Assembly (NCBI GenBank): GCA_964106915.2
Contig: OZ066917.1
Source: Podarcis gaigeae
Lineage: Eukaryota
Direction: 5' to 3' (one strand)
Length of the DNA: 64,000 bases
How positions within the stretch are numbered: position 1 is the first letter of the stretch; each line of letters opens with the position of its first letter. The notes below the pieces were generated by a model. It searched no databases. It saw only the letters and a program-made list of their open reading frames with translations, and was not told the origin of the DNA. Below, piece after piece: positions 36,101 to 42,240 of the stretch. The position numbers and the translations under genes are program-made.

Positions 36101-38492
36101 CTCTGCACAAGCATACCTTTGTACAAACTGGCCTCATGACTACCCAGATCAACAATAAAATATTGTTGACATGATGAAATTGTTTGGTTTGTAATTTCAA
36201 TATGAGTATGTAATTTGAGAAAATCCCTATAAAATTAATGAAGTCAATATTAAATAATAAATCAAGCGAGGCAAGGATATTAGAAAAGCCAAAATCTGAT
36301 ATTCAATGACAGAGGAAGAAAAACCAAGAATAGAAAAACCACAGTTATTCTATGGTTCATTATGGGAACTTCGATTATTGGAGCTATATAGCACACATCT
36401 TCAAAGAAAATAAGTTATGCTGTATAAAATGTCTCTTGACGTCACTTCCAAGCAGTTCATGGGATTTCAAGCATAGGAATAATATCTACAAACCTGACCA
36501 CTGTTGTGAAGGGATAGCACACCAATACATCCTCACTGTAAGAATATCCTTTAACAATATGCTGCTACAATCAGTTCCATAAATGGCACAACTTGATGGA
36601 TCATTTACTGTGTCCATGACAAAAATCAGAAGCTCTTGGCATTTTAACCTGGGTGCTCCTGTGAAAAGCAGAATATAAAAGTGAGTTTTTAACTTTTATG
36701 AGTGATCTCAAACCAGGTCAAATTCAGGGAGAAGCTGTTGAAATACAACCAAAAATTGTAACATTTATTAGAAAACAAGTTACCTGATACATGGTAGAGT
36801 TAATGAAATGAACTGTAATATTTTCCCCCGAAAATATATCTTAATTATGTCTGTACTGAGTCACTCACTTTTATTGGCACATCTGATGAAATATTTGACC
36901 AAAGAGCTGATCTCTTGCATCTTTTTATGTCGTGTTGCTTGGGTTGATGCAGACACATTTGGTTTTGCTAATCTTGCACTTTCAGTTTCCTTCTTAATGT
37001 ACTTCTGAAGAAAACTTAAAAGGCAAAAAATAAACACTATTTATAGGCACATCATCTAATTAAAATAAACAAAATGCTCAGCAGCAACAACAATTTATTC
37101 TTTTAAATAGTGAATTTTCAGTGCAAGCTCTTCTATGATATTCTACTAGATCCTTCTGCTCCACAGGGATATTAAAAAACATATGCTATGCAATGTGTGA
37201 CTTGCTTACCTTGAGAAAATACAGGCTGTCTCTGGACAATCAGGGCAAACTACACATGATCACAGTCACAACATTTCTCAGGCTGGAAAAGCAAAGTACA
37301 ACCCTGCGGCTGCTGTGCTCACTACTCTGACAAGCGGGATGGAAAGGAAAAAATAAACACTAGGTGCGCTGATGAGATATATAATAGCCATAAGGAAGAG
37401 GTACAATAGCTGGATGAACTGATACAGAGGGTGGCCAAGCAACCTCTGAACATTCACTTGATTGGGTAAAATAATGATATATTGCTTCCTTTCTAGTAAT
37501 CAAACCACAACAAATAATGTAGCATAGCAGTAAAGAGACTGATAGGTGAACCAGAAGTCCTATGTTCAATTCATGGGTTCCTGAACTGTTTCAGATATTT
37601 GATGTCCTCCTTTTCAACTTAAATTTCTAGAGTGATTTCTAACACAAAATAAAGTAATAATTAATCACAGTTATAGCAAAACAGCAATCAGATAAAATGT
37701 GAGATGAAAAAGAGATCTAAAAGAAACGGAAAATAAAATAATAATAATAATACCCTGCCCATCTGGCTGTTTCCAACAAAATATAAAAAATAAAACATCA
37801 AACATTAAAAACTTCCCTAAAAAGGGCTGCCTTCAGATGTCTTCTAAAAGGCAGATAGTTGTTTATTTCCTTGACATCTGATGGGAGGGCGTTCCACAGG
37901 GCAGGCGCCACTACCGAGAAGGACCCCTGCCTCTTTCTCTGTAACCTTGCTTCTCACATGTGATGGAACCGCCAAAAGGTCCTCAGAGCTGGATCTCAGG
38001 CTGAACGATGGGGGTGGAGACGCTCCTTGAAAAGTTTTCTCCTGGTGCCGAAAAGACAACAGACTCCCTAGATGGCCTTAGCTCTTACCCAGAACCCCTC
38101 TCCCAAATTTACAATTTGGGGGCAAGTACAGACTTTGCTGTGTTTTTGTAAGAATTACTGAGATGTTTGTCGAATGCTTGATATTCAACAAAGTTTAACA
38201 CACATCAAAATATTGTACCTGAATACAGTATCCCAGTTCATCTGTTTGCCATTTTTGGAATCAGAATTTCGATCCAGCTGTTGAATTGTTTCAGAATCCC
38301 TGATGAGACGCTTGAACTTCTCAATTTCCTTCTAAAAAAGTAATCCAGAATAAAGAATAACACTATCATGTTATTGTACTGTTGCATATTAGAAGTGCAG
38401 GAATGGTGGTTTATTATTACCTTTCGGTCTGTGGCCTTGTCACTTTCAAGATGGCGGCAGCAAGCCAACAGGTCTTGGAGTGCAAAGTTCAT
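240..38492 (-). CDS. ATM: ATM serine/threonine kinase (PIKK family), spliced CDS of exons 2-50, partial; continues beyond window start
   Basis: 49 GT-AG exons join in frame (~7512 nt). Peptides match ATM: TAN motif [42 protein letters not shown] autophosphorylation site, FAT-region [12 protein letters not shown]. Most exon sizes equal those recalled for human ATM. Confidence 0.98.
773..990 (-). CDS. ATM: ATM exon 49 (218 nt)
   Basis: [25 protein letters not shown]; AG/GT. Confidence 0.93.
1104..1223 (-). CDS. ATM: ATM exon 48 (120 nt)
   Basis: [26 protein letters not shown]; AG/GT. Confidence 0.92.
1452..1616 (-). CDS. ATM: ATM exon 47 (165 nt)
   Basis: [12 protein letters not shown]...[14 protein letters not shown]; AG/GT. 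Confidence 0.92.
2654..2786 (+). mobile_element. Bov-B (RTE-clade LINE) 3' fragment
   Basis: CTCGAAGCTACAAACATGAGTCTGACCAAACTGCGGGAGGCAGTGGAAGACAGG...GACTAAACAGCAAC; same sequence as the copies at 16835 and 40021. Confidence 0.85.
2935..3169 (-). CDS. ATM: ATM exon 46 (235 nt)
   Basis: [23 protein letters not shown]; AG/GT. Confidence 0.94.
3225..3378 (-). mobile_element. Degenerate tRNA-derived SINE (Squam2-like)
   Basis: Reverse complement resembles GCATGCA...CCCAG...ATCTCCAG.TAGGGCTGGGAGA...GTGTAGACAATACTG...CTGACTC...GCAGCTT. Confidence 0.6.
3511..3630 (-). CDS. ATM: ATM exon 45 (120 nt)
   Basis: [22 protein letters not shown]; AG/GT. Confidence 0.93.
4169..4273 (-). CDS. ATM: ATM exon 44 (105 nt)
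   Basis: [23 protein letters not shown]; AG/GT. Confidence 0.92.
4435..4583 (-). CDS. ATM: ATM exon 43 (149 nt)
   Basis: [19 protein letters not shown]...[11 protein letters not shown]; AG/GT. Confidence 0.93.
4894..4996 (-). CDS. ATM: ATM exon 42 (103 nt)
   Basis: [20 protein letters not shown]; AG/GT. Confidence 0.93.
5081..5169 (-). CDS. ATM: ATM exon 41 (89 nt)
   Basis: [22 protein letters not shown]; AG/GT. Confidence 0.94.
6011..6119 (-). CDS. ATM: ATM exon 40 (109 nt) with S1981-equivalent SQ site
   Basis: [27 protein letters not shown]; Ser codon at 6074-6076; AG/GT. Confidence 0.92.
6687..6842 (-). CDS. ATM: ATM exon 39 (156 nt)
   Basis: [26 protein letters not shown]; AG/GT. 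Confidence 0.94.
7615..7702 (-). CDS. ATM: ATM exon 38 (88 nt)
   Basis: [20 protein letters not shown]; AG acceptor, weak GTGGAT donor. Confidence 0.9.
7880..8200. mobile_element. Tc1/mariner (Tigger/pogo-like) MITE
   Basis: TIRs CAGTGGTGCCCCGCAAGACGAA / TTCGTCTTGCGAGGCACCACTG; TA at both ends; internal CGCAAGACG repeats; CpGs intact (young). Confidence 0.9.
8684..8861 (-). CDS. ATM: ATM exon 37 (178 nt)
   Basis: [15 protein letters not shown]; AG/GT. Confidence 0.93.
9096..9272 (-). CDS. ATM: ATM exon 36 (177 nt)
   Basis: [25 protein letters not shown]; AG/GT. Confidence 0.93.
9611..9752 (-). CDS. ATM: ATM exon 35 (142 nt)
   Basis: [18 protein letters not shown]; AG/GT. Confidence 0.93.
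9853..10024 (-). CDS. ATM: ATM exon 34 (172 nt)
   Basis: [16 protein letters not shown]; AG/GT. Confidence 0.93.
10869..10958 (-). CDS. ATM: ATM exon 33 (90 nt)
   Basis: [23 protein letters not shown]; AG/GT. Confidence 0.88.
11368..11723 (+). mobile_element. Sauria SINE copy A (full length; tail continues at 12086-12108)
   Basis: A box TGGCGCTGTGG, B box GGTTCGAATCC, (TTTACC)n tail; 14-bp TSD TATGATATGCCAAC at 11354-11367 and 12109-12122. Confidence 0.93.
11724..12082 (-). mobile_element. Sauria SINE copy B, inserted inverted into the tail of copy A
   Basis: Full-length reverse copy flanked by duplicated AGGGGTACCTTTA (11711-11723, 12086-12098). Confidence 0.93.
12567..12699 (-). CDS. ATM: ATM exon 32 (133 nt)
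   Basis: EINHFLS...[14 protein letters not shown]; AG/GT. Confidence 0.93.
12971..13135 (-). CDS. ATM: ATM exon 31 (165 nt)
   Basis: [16 protein letters not shown]...LDPFPDHP; AG/GT. Confidence 0.94.
14963..15137 (-). CDS. ATM: ATM exon 30 (175 nt)
   Basis: [16 protein letters not shown]...[11 protein letters not shown]; AG/GT. Confidence 0.93.
15435..15491 (+). mobile_element. CR1 LINE reverse-transcriptase micro-fragment
   Basis: Encodes [19 protein letters not shown], matching the CR1 RT motif [13 protein letters not shown]. Confidence 0.75.
15762..15961 (-). CDS. ATM: ATM exon 29 (200 nt)
   Basis: [16 protein letters not shown]; AG/GT. Confidence 0.94.
16393..16519 (-). CDS. ATM: ATM exon 28 (127 nt), proline-rich motif
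   Basis: [19 protein letters not shown]; AG/GT. Confidence 0.94.
16654..16733. mobile_element. 80-bp Tc1/mariner-type hairpin MITE
   Basis: 32-bp inverted arms (29/32 match), CAGGGTG start, TA at both ends. Confidence 0.8.
16835..17076 (+). mobile_element. Bov-B LINE 3' fragment, 5'-truncated
   Basis: Encodes [28 protein letters not shown]; (CAA)n tail; TSD ATTCTATATCT at 16824-16834 and 17077-17087. Confidence 0.92.
18390..18508 (-). CDS. ATM: ATM exon 27 (119 nt)
   Basis: [22 protein letters not shown]; AG/GT. Confidence 0.92.
19685..19931 (-). CDS. ATM: ATM exon 26 (247 nt)
   Basis: [16 protein letters not shown]; AG/GT. Confidence 0.94.
20298..20458 (-). CDS. ATM: ATM exon 25 (161 nt)
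   Basis: [17 protein letters not shown]...FPYILLNY; AG/GT. Confidence 0.93.
20884..21060 (-). CDS. ATM: ATM exon 24 (177 nt)
   Basis: [12 protein letters not shown]...[13 protein letters not shown]; AG/GT. Confidence 0.93.
21873..21993 (-). CDS. ATM: ATM exon 23 (121 nt)
   Basis: LFQD...[16 protein letters not shown]; AG/GT. Confidence 0.91.
22565..22695 (-). CDS. ATM: ATM exon 22 (131 nt)
   Basis: [11 protein letters not shown]...FLAD; AG/GT. Confidence 0.92.
22798..22873 (-). CDS. ATM: ATM exon 21 (76 nt)
   Basis: [19 protein letters not shown]; AG/GT. Confidence 0.9.
23805..23948 (-). CDS. ATM: ATM exon 20 (144 nt)
   Basis: YRRDQEVC...LLTVVAAFW; AG/GT. Confidence 0.92.
24035..24117 (-). 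CDS. ATM: ATM exon 19 (83 nt)
   Basis: [16 protein letters not shown]...LLKPLS; AG/GT. Confidence 0.91.
24397..24596 (-). CDS. ATM: ATM exon 18 (200 nt)
   Basis: [22 protein letters not shown]; AG/GT. Confidence 0.93.
24764..25044. mobile_element. Old hAT-like MITE
   Basis: Degenerate TIRs TAGGGATG / TATTCCTA; imperfect 8-bp TSD TCCTGGAC/ACCTGGGC. Confidence 0.4.
25610..25778 (-). CDS. ATM: ATM exon 17 (169 nt)
   Basis: Acidic GEVDLMEDD...DLFDD segment; AG/GT; phase fits neighbours. Confidence 0.87.
26754..26843 (-). CDS. ATM: ATM exon 16 (90 nt)
   Basis: [21 protein letters not shown]; AG/GT. Confidence 0.92.
27153..27278 (-). CDS. ATM: ATM exon 15 (126 nt)
   Basis: [23 protein letters not shown]; AG/GT. 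Confidence 0.89.
27670..27795 (-). CDS. ATM: ATM exon 14 (126 nt)
   Basis: [17 protein letters not shown]...EEEA; AG/GT. Confidence 0.92.
27872..28086. mobile_element. Tigger/pogo-like MITE
   Basis: CAGTGGTACCT...AGGTACCACTG TIRs; TA TSD; internal CAGGTTAAGAAC repeats. Confidence 0.88.
28977..29202 (-). CDS. ATM: ATM exon 13 (226 nt)
   Basis: QTTFDE...[11 protein letters not shown]; AG/GT. Confidence 0.91.
30087..30126. repeat. Compound microsatellite (AC)7(AG)13
   Basis: Read directly. Confidence 0.9.
30300..30395 (-). CDS. ATM: ATM exon 12 (96 nt)
   Basis: [18 protein letters not shown]; AG/GT. Confidence 0.92.
30801..30995 (-). CDS. ATM: ATM exon 11 (195 nt)
   Basis: [11 protein letters not shown]...EPPPIL; AG/GT. 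Confidence 0.91.
31860..32231 (-). CDS. ATM: ATM exon 10 (372 nt)
   Basis: [12 protein letters not shown]...[11 protein letters not shown]; AG/GT. Confidence 0.94.
32336..32499 (-). CDS. ATM: ATM exon 9 (164 nt), basic NLS
   Basis: LEITQSY...[13 protein letters not shown]; AG/GT. Confidence 0.93.
32841..33004 (-). CDS. ATM: ATM exon 8 (164 nt)
   Basis: IGSRGKYS...ELMADICHQ; AG/GT. Confidence 0.94.
33334..33572 (-). CDS. ATM: ATM exon 7 (239 nt)
   Basis: [17 protein letters not shown]...HHPNGAK; AG/GT. Confidence 0.94.
34353..34518 (-). CDS. ATM: ATM exon 6 (166 nt)
   Basis: VLVARII...QTDGLNS; AG/GT. Confidence 0.92.
34584..34667 (+). mobile_element. L2-type LINE 3' end with (TTA)n tail
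   Basis: GGAAGCCGCCCAGAGTGGCTGGGG...CAGATGGGCG.GGTATAAATAATAAATTATTATT; same motif appears reversed at ~37750. Confidence 0.7.
34842..35037. mobile_element. Tigger/pogo-like MITE (degenerate)
   Basis: TA-CAGTGGAACCTC ... GAGATTTGACTG-TA. Confidence 0.7.
35545..35752. mobile_element. Tigger/pogo-like MITE nested in an L2-like 3' tail (~35486-35784)
   Basis: TA-CAGTTGTACC ... GGTACCACTG-TA; flanks read TGTAAACCACTTTGAGG...AAGCGGT and ...AAATAAATAAA. Confidence 0.75.
36494..36658 (-). CDS. ATM: ATM exon 5 (165 nt)
   Basis: [10 protein letters not shown]...[10 protein letters not shown]; AG/GT. Confidence 0.93.
36869..37014 (-). CDS. ATM: ATM exon 4 (146 nt)
   Basis: [27 protein letters not shown]; AG/GT. 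Confidence 0.94.
37733..38030 (-). mobile_element. L2 LINE 3' fragment
   Basis: Reverse strand has TGGAACGCCCTCCC, TTTAGAAGACATCTGAAGGCAGCCC and CAGATGGGCAGGGTA-(TTA)n tail. Confidence 0.75.
38219..38331 (-). CDS. ATM: ATM exon 3 (113 nt)
   Basis: [12 protein letters not shown]...NWDTVF; AG/GT. Confidence 0.94.
38421..38492 (-). CDS. ATM: ATM first coding exon (exon 2; exon extends as 5' UTR to acceptor at 38529)
   Basis: GCC-ATG start; [24 protein letters not shown]; 72 coding nt; GT donor. Confidence 0.94.
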
Positions 38493-38562
38493 GGCTCAGC
38501 TAAGTTGTAGATGCACTCACAGCATGAACCTGAAAAGGGAAATAACAATCGGTTTTTCAATA

Positions 38563-38693
38563 GAGCCGGTGTGGCACAATGGTTAGCGTTTGGCTCTGGA
38601 GACCAGGGTTCAAATCCCCACTCAGACATGAAGCTCACTGGGCGTACAGTCACCATCTCTTAGCCCAACCTACCTCACAGGGTTGTTATGATA
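38563..38693 (+). mobile_element. Squam3-like tRNA-derived SINE
   Basis: GTGTGGCACAATGGTTAG A box, GGTTCAAATCCC B box, CCTACCTCACAGGGTTGTT core. Confidence 0.75.
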
Positions 38694-38694
38694 A

Positions 38695-38985
38695 TTTAGT
38701 GTGGCAGCACCTACTCTCTGGAACTTCCTGCATATTGACATCAGGCAGGAGCCTTGACTACCCTTTTTGACACCTGCTTAAAACATTGTTTAGGCAAGCC
38801 AATGCAGGCATGTATAAATTACATGTTTTTTACTTTTTAGCTACTGCTGGTTTTAATCATTGTCTATTTCTAAATATAGTACCTGTTTTTAACTAATACT
38901 GTACTGTAGTAACTTTTAACTGTACTGTAATTTGAATGTTTTGTTTTATATTTTTGTAAACCATTCAGAGGTTTTCTTACAATTG
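38695..38985 (+). mobile_element. Old L2 3' fragment
   Basis: GTGGCAGCACCTACTCTCTGGAAC...CTTAAAACA...TTTTGTAAACC. Confidence 0.5.
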
Positions 38986-39099
38986 AAAAGAGTGAAGCAG
39001 CTTCCAGATCAGCCCCACTGCTGTAAATGTATTACATTTGTTCAATAAGATTATCATATGCCTCAATTTTATTGCATTGTAGTCTGCAGAACTAGGTTA

Positions 39100-39463
39100 A
39101 AGGTAAAGGTAAAGGTACCCCTGCCCGTACGGGCCAGTCTTGACAGACTCTGGGTTTGTGCGCCCATCTCACTCAAGAGGCCGGGGGCCAGCGCTGTCCG
39201 GAGACACTTCCGGGTCACGTGGCCAGCGTGACAAAGCTGCATCTGGCGAGCCAGCGCAGCACACGGAAACGCCGTTTACCTTCCCGCCAGTAAGTAGTCC
39301 CTATTTATCTACTTGCACCCGGGGGTGCTTTCGAACTGCTAGGTTGGCAGGCGCTGGGACCGAGCAACGGGAGCGCACCCCGCCGCGGGGATTCGAACCG
39401 CCGACCTTTCGATCGGCAAGCCCTAGGCACTGAGGCTTTTACCCACAGCGCCACCCGTGTCCC
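39100..39463 (-). mobile_element. Sauria SINE copy C (full length)
   Basis: Intact A/B boxes; TSD TGCAGAACTAGGTTA at 39085-39099 and 39464-39478. Confidence 0.93.
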
Positions 39464-39959
39464 TGCAGAACTAGGTTAGACAGCATCTAATCAATCAAAT
39501 ACTAATAGAACAACCTGGAATTGCTGACTCATTTCATGTCAAGGTTCTCCTTCAGGATAAGTTTGATACTTTTACACTGGCTGTAGCAAAATTTCTCTCA
39601 GAGGCAGTAAACATTATTGGAGGGTGCAATAATGAGCATGCCTAAGGCAACGTGTGTGTATAAGCTTGCCTGCAAGCCACATCCTGTGTATCAGCTCTGC
39701 TTTTATCTTCAGATGGGTGTGTTAGTCAGCATTTAGGAAAATGGAACTAGGCGCATCCTTTCTTTAAATATTTTAAAATATGTTCCATAAAGGAATTATG
39801 AATTCCCAGTTAAGAAGTTACAACTAAGCTTTGAATTCCCAGTTAATGTCCAAACATTTGAGGCAGTTATGTATCACTTAGGCTTTTTCTGATGCGTGGT
39901 TCAGGTATGTTGATGTAATAACCTGATCTATTGATTTATAGGTTGGCAATGTGGCACCC

Positions 39960-40324
39960 TGTTGTCTTTGTCCATGGAGTTTTCTTGGCAGGGATACTGG
40001 AGTGGCTTGCCGGTTCCTGCTCCAGCCCTGAGTGCTCACTGGAAGGACAGATCACTGGAAGGACAGATCCTGAAGCTGAGGCTCCAGTACTTTGGCCACT
40101 TCATGAGAAGAGAAGACTCCCTGGAAAAGACCCTGATGTTGGGAAAGATTGAGGTCACAAGGAGAAGGGGGCGACAGAGGACAAGATTGTTGGATAGTGT
40201 TCTCGAAGCTACCAGCATGAGATTGACCAAACTGCGGGAGGCAGTGGAAGACAGGAGTGCTTGGCAGGAGTGCCGTGTCCTTGGGGTCTCGAAGAGTCAG
40301 ACACGACTAAACAACTTAACAACC
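39960..40324 (+). mobile_element. Bov-B insertion: inverted 5' segment joined to a sense 3' fragment
   Basis: 3' ORF end [26 protein letters not shown]; 39960-40025 is the reverse complement of a Bov-A-like 5' segment; TSD (AY)GTGGCACCC at 39949-39959 and 40325-40335. Confidence 0.85.
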
Positions 40325-40632
40325 ACGTGGCACCCGCAGAGGTCTTCTCTGAAACATGCTGGCTGCTATTCCCCTAGCTCCTCCCCTGGATAAGAATTGA
40401 AGGAGGGGGGGTTACAGCAAGGAAGGGGACCACTAACTTGGAGGGGAAAGTGAAAACACTTTTCCAATCCTAATTGCTTTTAGAAAGGAGTGGGGGAGAA
40501 GAGCAAGTCTGCTGTTGCAGTGCATGCACGGTACCCACGGCAGCTTCTCTACAGGTCCAAAGGTTAAAAAAAAGAAGTCTGGCAACCTCTGATTTATGAT
40601 GCATTCCGCATTTGTTTTAATCAACGCGATTT

Positions 40633-40806
40633 CATTGTTGATCTGATGTTATTCGCCACTACTTTGGTGAGTAACAAAGAAATTTTAAAGTACATAGTAA
40701 TGAATGTTATTCATTTGAAAGTAGTAAATGAATAACATACATTACTGCTTTAAAAGTTACTTTGCTACTCACCAAAGTAGTGAGGAATAACATCAGATCT
40801 ACAATG
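40633..40806. repeat. Long imperfect inverted repeat (~82-bp arms, 9-nt loop)
   Basis: CATTGT(T/A)GATCTGATGTTATTC...CACTACTTTGGTGAGTA...GTTATTCATTT mirrored at 40726-40806. Confidence 0.9.
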
Positions 40807-40859
40807 TTATTCATTACCACTTTAAAATGTTATTGACAGAACACTAAATTTTGCAGCTA

Positions 40860-42240
40860 AACAAATTCAGGTTCAGCCGTTCCCTTCCGACGCTTACCAT
40901 TTTGCGCTAAAGGGCAAGGATGCCACACAAGCGAGACTCCAGAAGGGGCACCTGAGGGGATCAGGGCAGCGGCCCGCGTGGCAGAGCCCCCTGTTCTCAC
41001 AGCTCCGCGAATTGCGTGACCCCGCCCCAAACCCCCACTTACACGACGACTTCGCAACGCCGCCACGGCAGCTGGGACGTCCAAGGCCGCCGTGACGAGA
41101 CCGAGGCGGGTCGTGAGGGAGGGAGGACACCGGCCACCCCGGTCCCGCCTCAGAGGCCACGCGGGCAAGACGGCGGCATTCTTGCCAAAGGGGTGGGAAA
41201 GAGAGGAAGCGGCCGGAGGAGAACGAACGGAGACAACGAGAGGGATGCGAGGGAAAACGAAACCGAAAAGATGAATGGGGGCGGGGGGGGGAGCGAAGTG
41301 AGGCGAAGAGGCGGAGCGGCGAGGGCTCGCGCCAGGAACGAGCGGTGGGCGGGGCCTGAAGGGACCCGCAGCGCGGGCTTCTTGCTCCTTGCGCGCGCAG
41401 CCGCCCTCGCGCTCCGACGAACGCGGGGAGGCGTGGCTGCTCCACGCTCATCACCAATCGACGTGGTGTTTTCCATCCCCCTCGCGTTCTAATCCCGCCC
41501 CTCCTAACTCCTACTCCTACCCCCGTCCCCGCCGGAAGCGGAAAAGCTCCTGTTTTCTCTCCTGCTGCCGGAAGTCGGTGGGCGGGACGGAGGCTGACGG
41601 CTGCTGATGCTGTTGTGGAGAGGTTTTGGGCGCGGAGAGAAAGGGGAGCGCGGATAACCGCCTTTTCTGGGAGTTGCTGCCGCCGCTGCCCCGCTGGGGC
41701 GGGAAGGGCGCGGACCCCTCCCCGTCCCTCCCTCAGCCCCCCTCACCATGTTACTGCCGTCCGACGTGGCCCGCCTGGTGCTAGGTAAGCGCGAGCAAAG
41801 ACTTCCTCTCCTGAGGGGGCTTCCGGGGAAAACGGGCCCTTCTTTTTGCTCCTGGACCCGCGGTGTCTCTGTGTGTGTTTCTGGGGGCCTCCGAGAAGGA
41901 CAAGCCAAGGGCGCCCCTCGCATCTTCCGTCGTTTCCAAAGCAGAAGAGGGACACGCCCGCGATCCCCAACTCCTAATTCATCGCCCCCGCCGCCACACT
42001 GTTGTGTTATGTTGTGAGAAGCTTTGCTCCCTCTCCTTTGCATGTTGCTGTTCTTTATTTACTGTTCCATAGCCTGCCCTAAAAGCAGAAATATTGTCGA
42101 TCGTTATTTTTGTAATTCACCCTGGCCGTCCTCCGCGGATCTAAAAGCTAAAGCGCGGTTAATTTTGTTTATTGCTTTACTCCACCGTAGCCCGTCTTCT
42201 TCCACTGGGATCAGGGGCTAAGGAGTTGCTTATTATTTTG
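40860..42240. promoter_or_regulatory. CpG island / ATM-NPAT bidirectional promoter, including the non-coding ATM first exon(s)
   Basis: Abrupt GC/CpG-rich block between divergent genes. GC box 41347-41354, NRF1-like TGCGCGCGCA 41390-41399, CCAAT 41454-41458, GACGTG 41460-41465, ETS/GABP CCGGAAG 41532-41538 and CCGGAAGT 41568-41575, E2F-like TTTGGGCGC 41625-41633. TSS positions not determinable from sequence. Confidence 0.9.
41748..41784 (+). CDS. NPAT: NPAT exon 1 coding part (37 nt)
   Basis: ACC-ATG; MLLPSDVARLVL; GTAAG donor. Confidence 0.95.

Noticed and set aside
39962-40393. 143-aa ORF with RT-like C-terminus
   Set aside because: Chimeric read-through of the rearranged Bov-B fragment, not a host gene
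40857-42072. Overlapping 100-190-aa ORFs on both strands
   Set aside because: Expected stop-codon scarcity in a CpG island; low-complexity R/G/P/A peptides; only the first 12 codons from 41748 are NPAT
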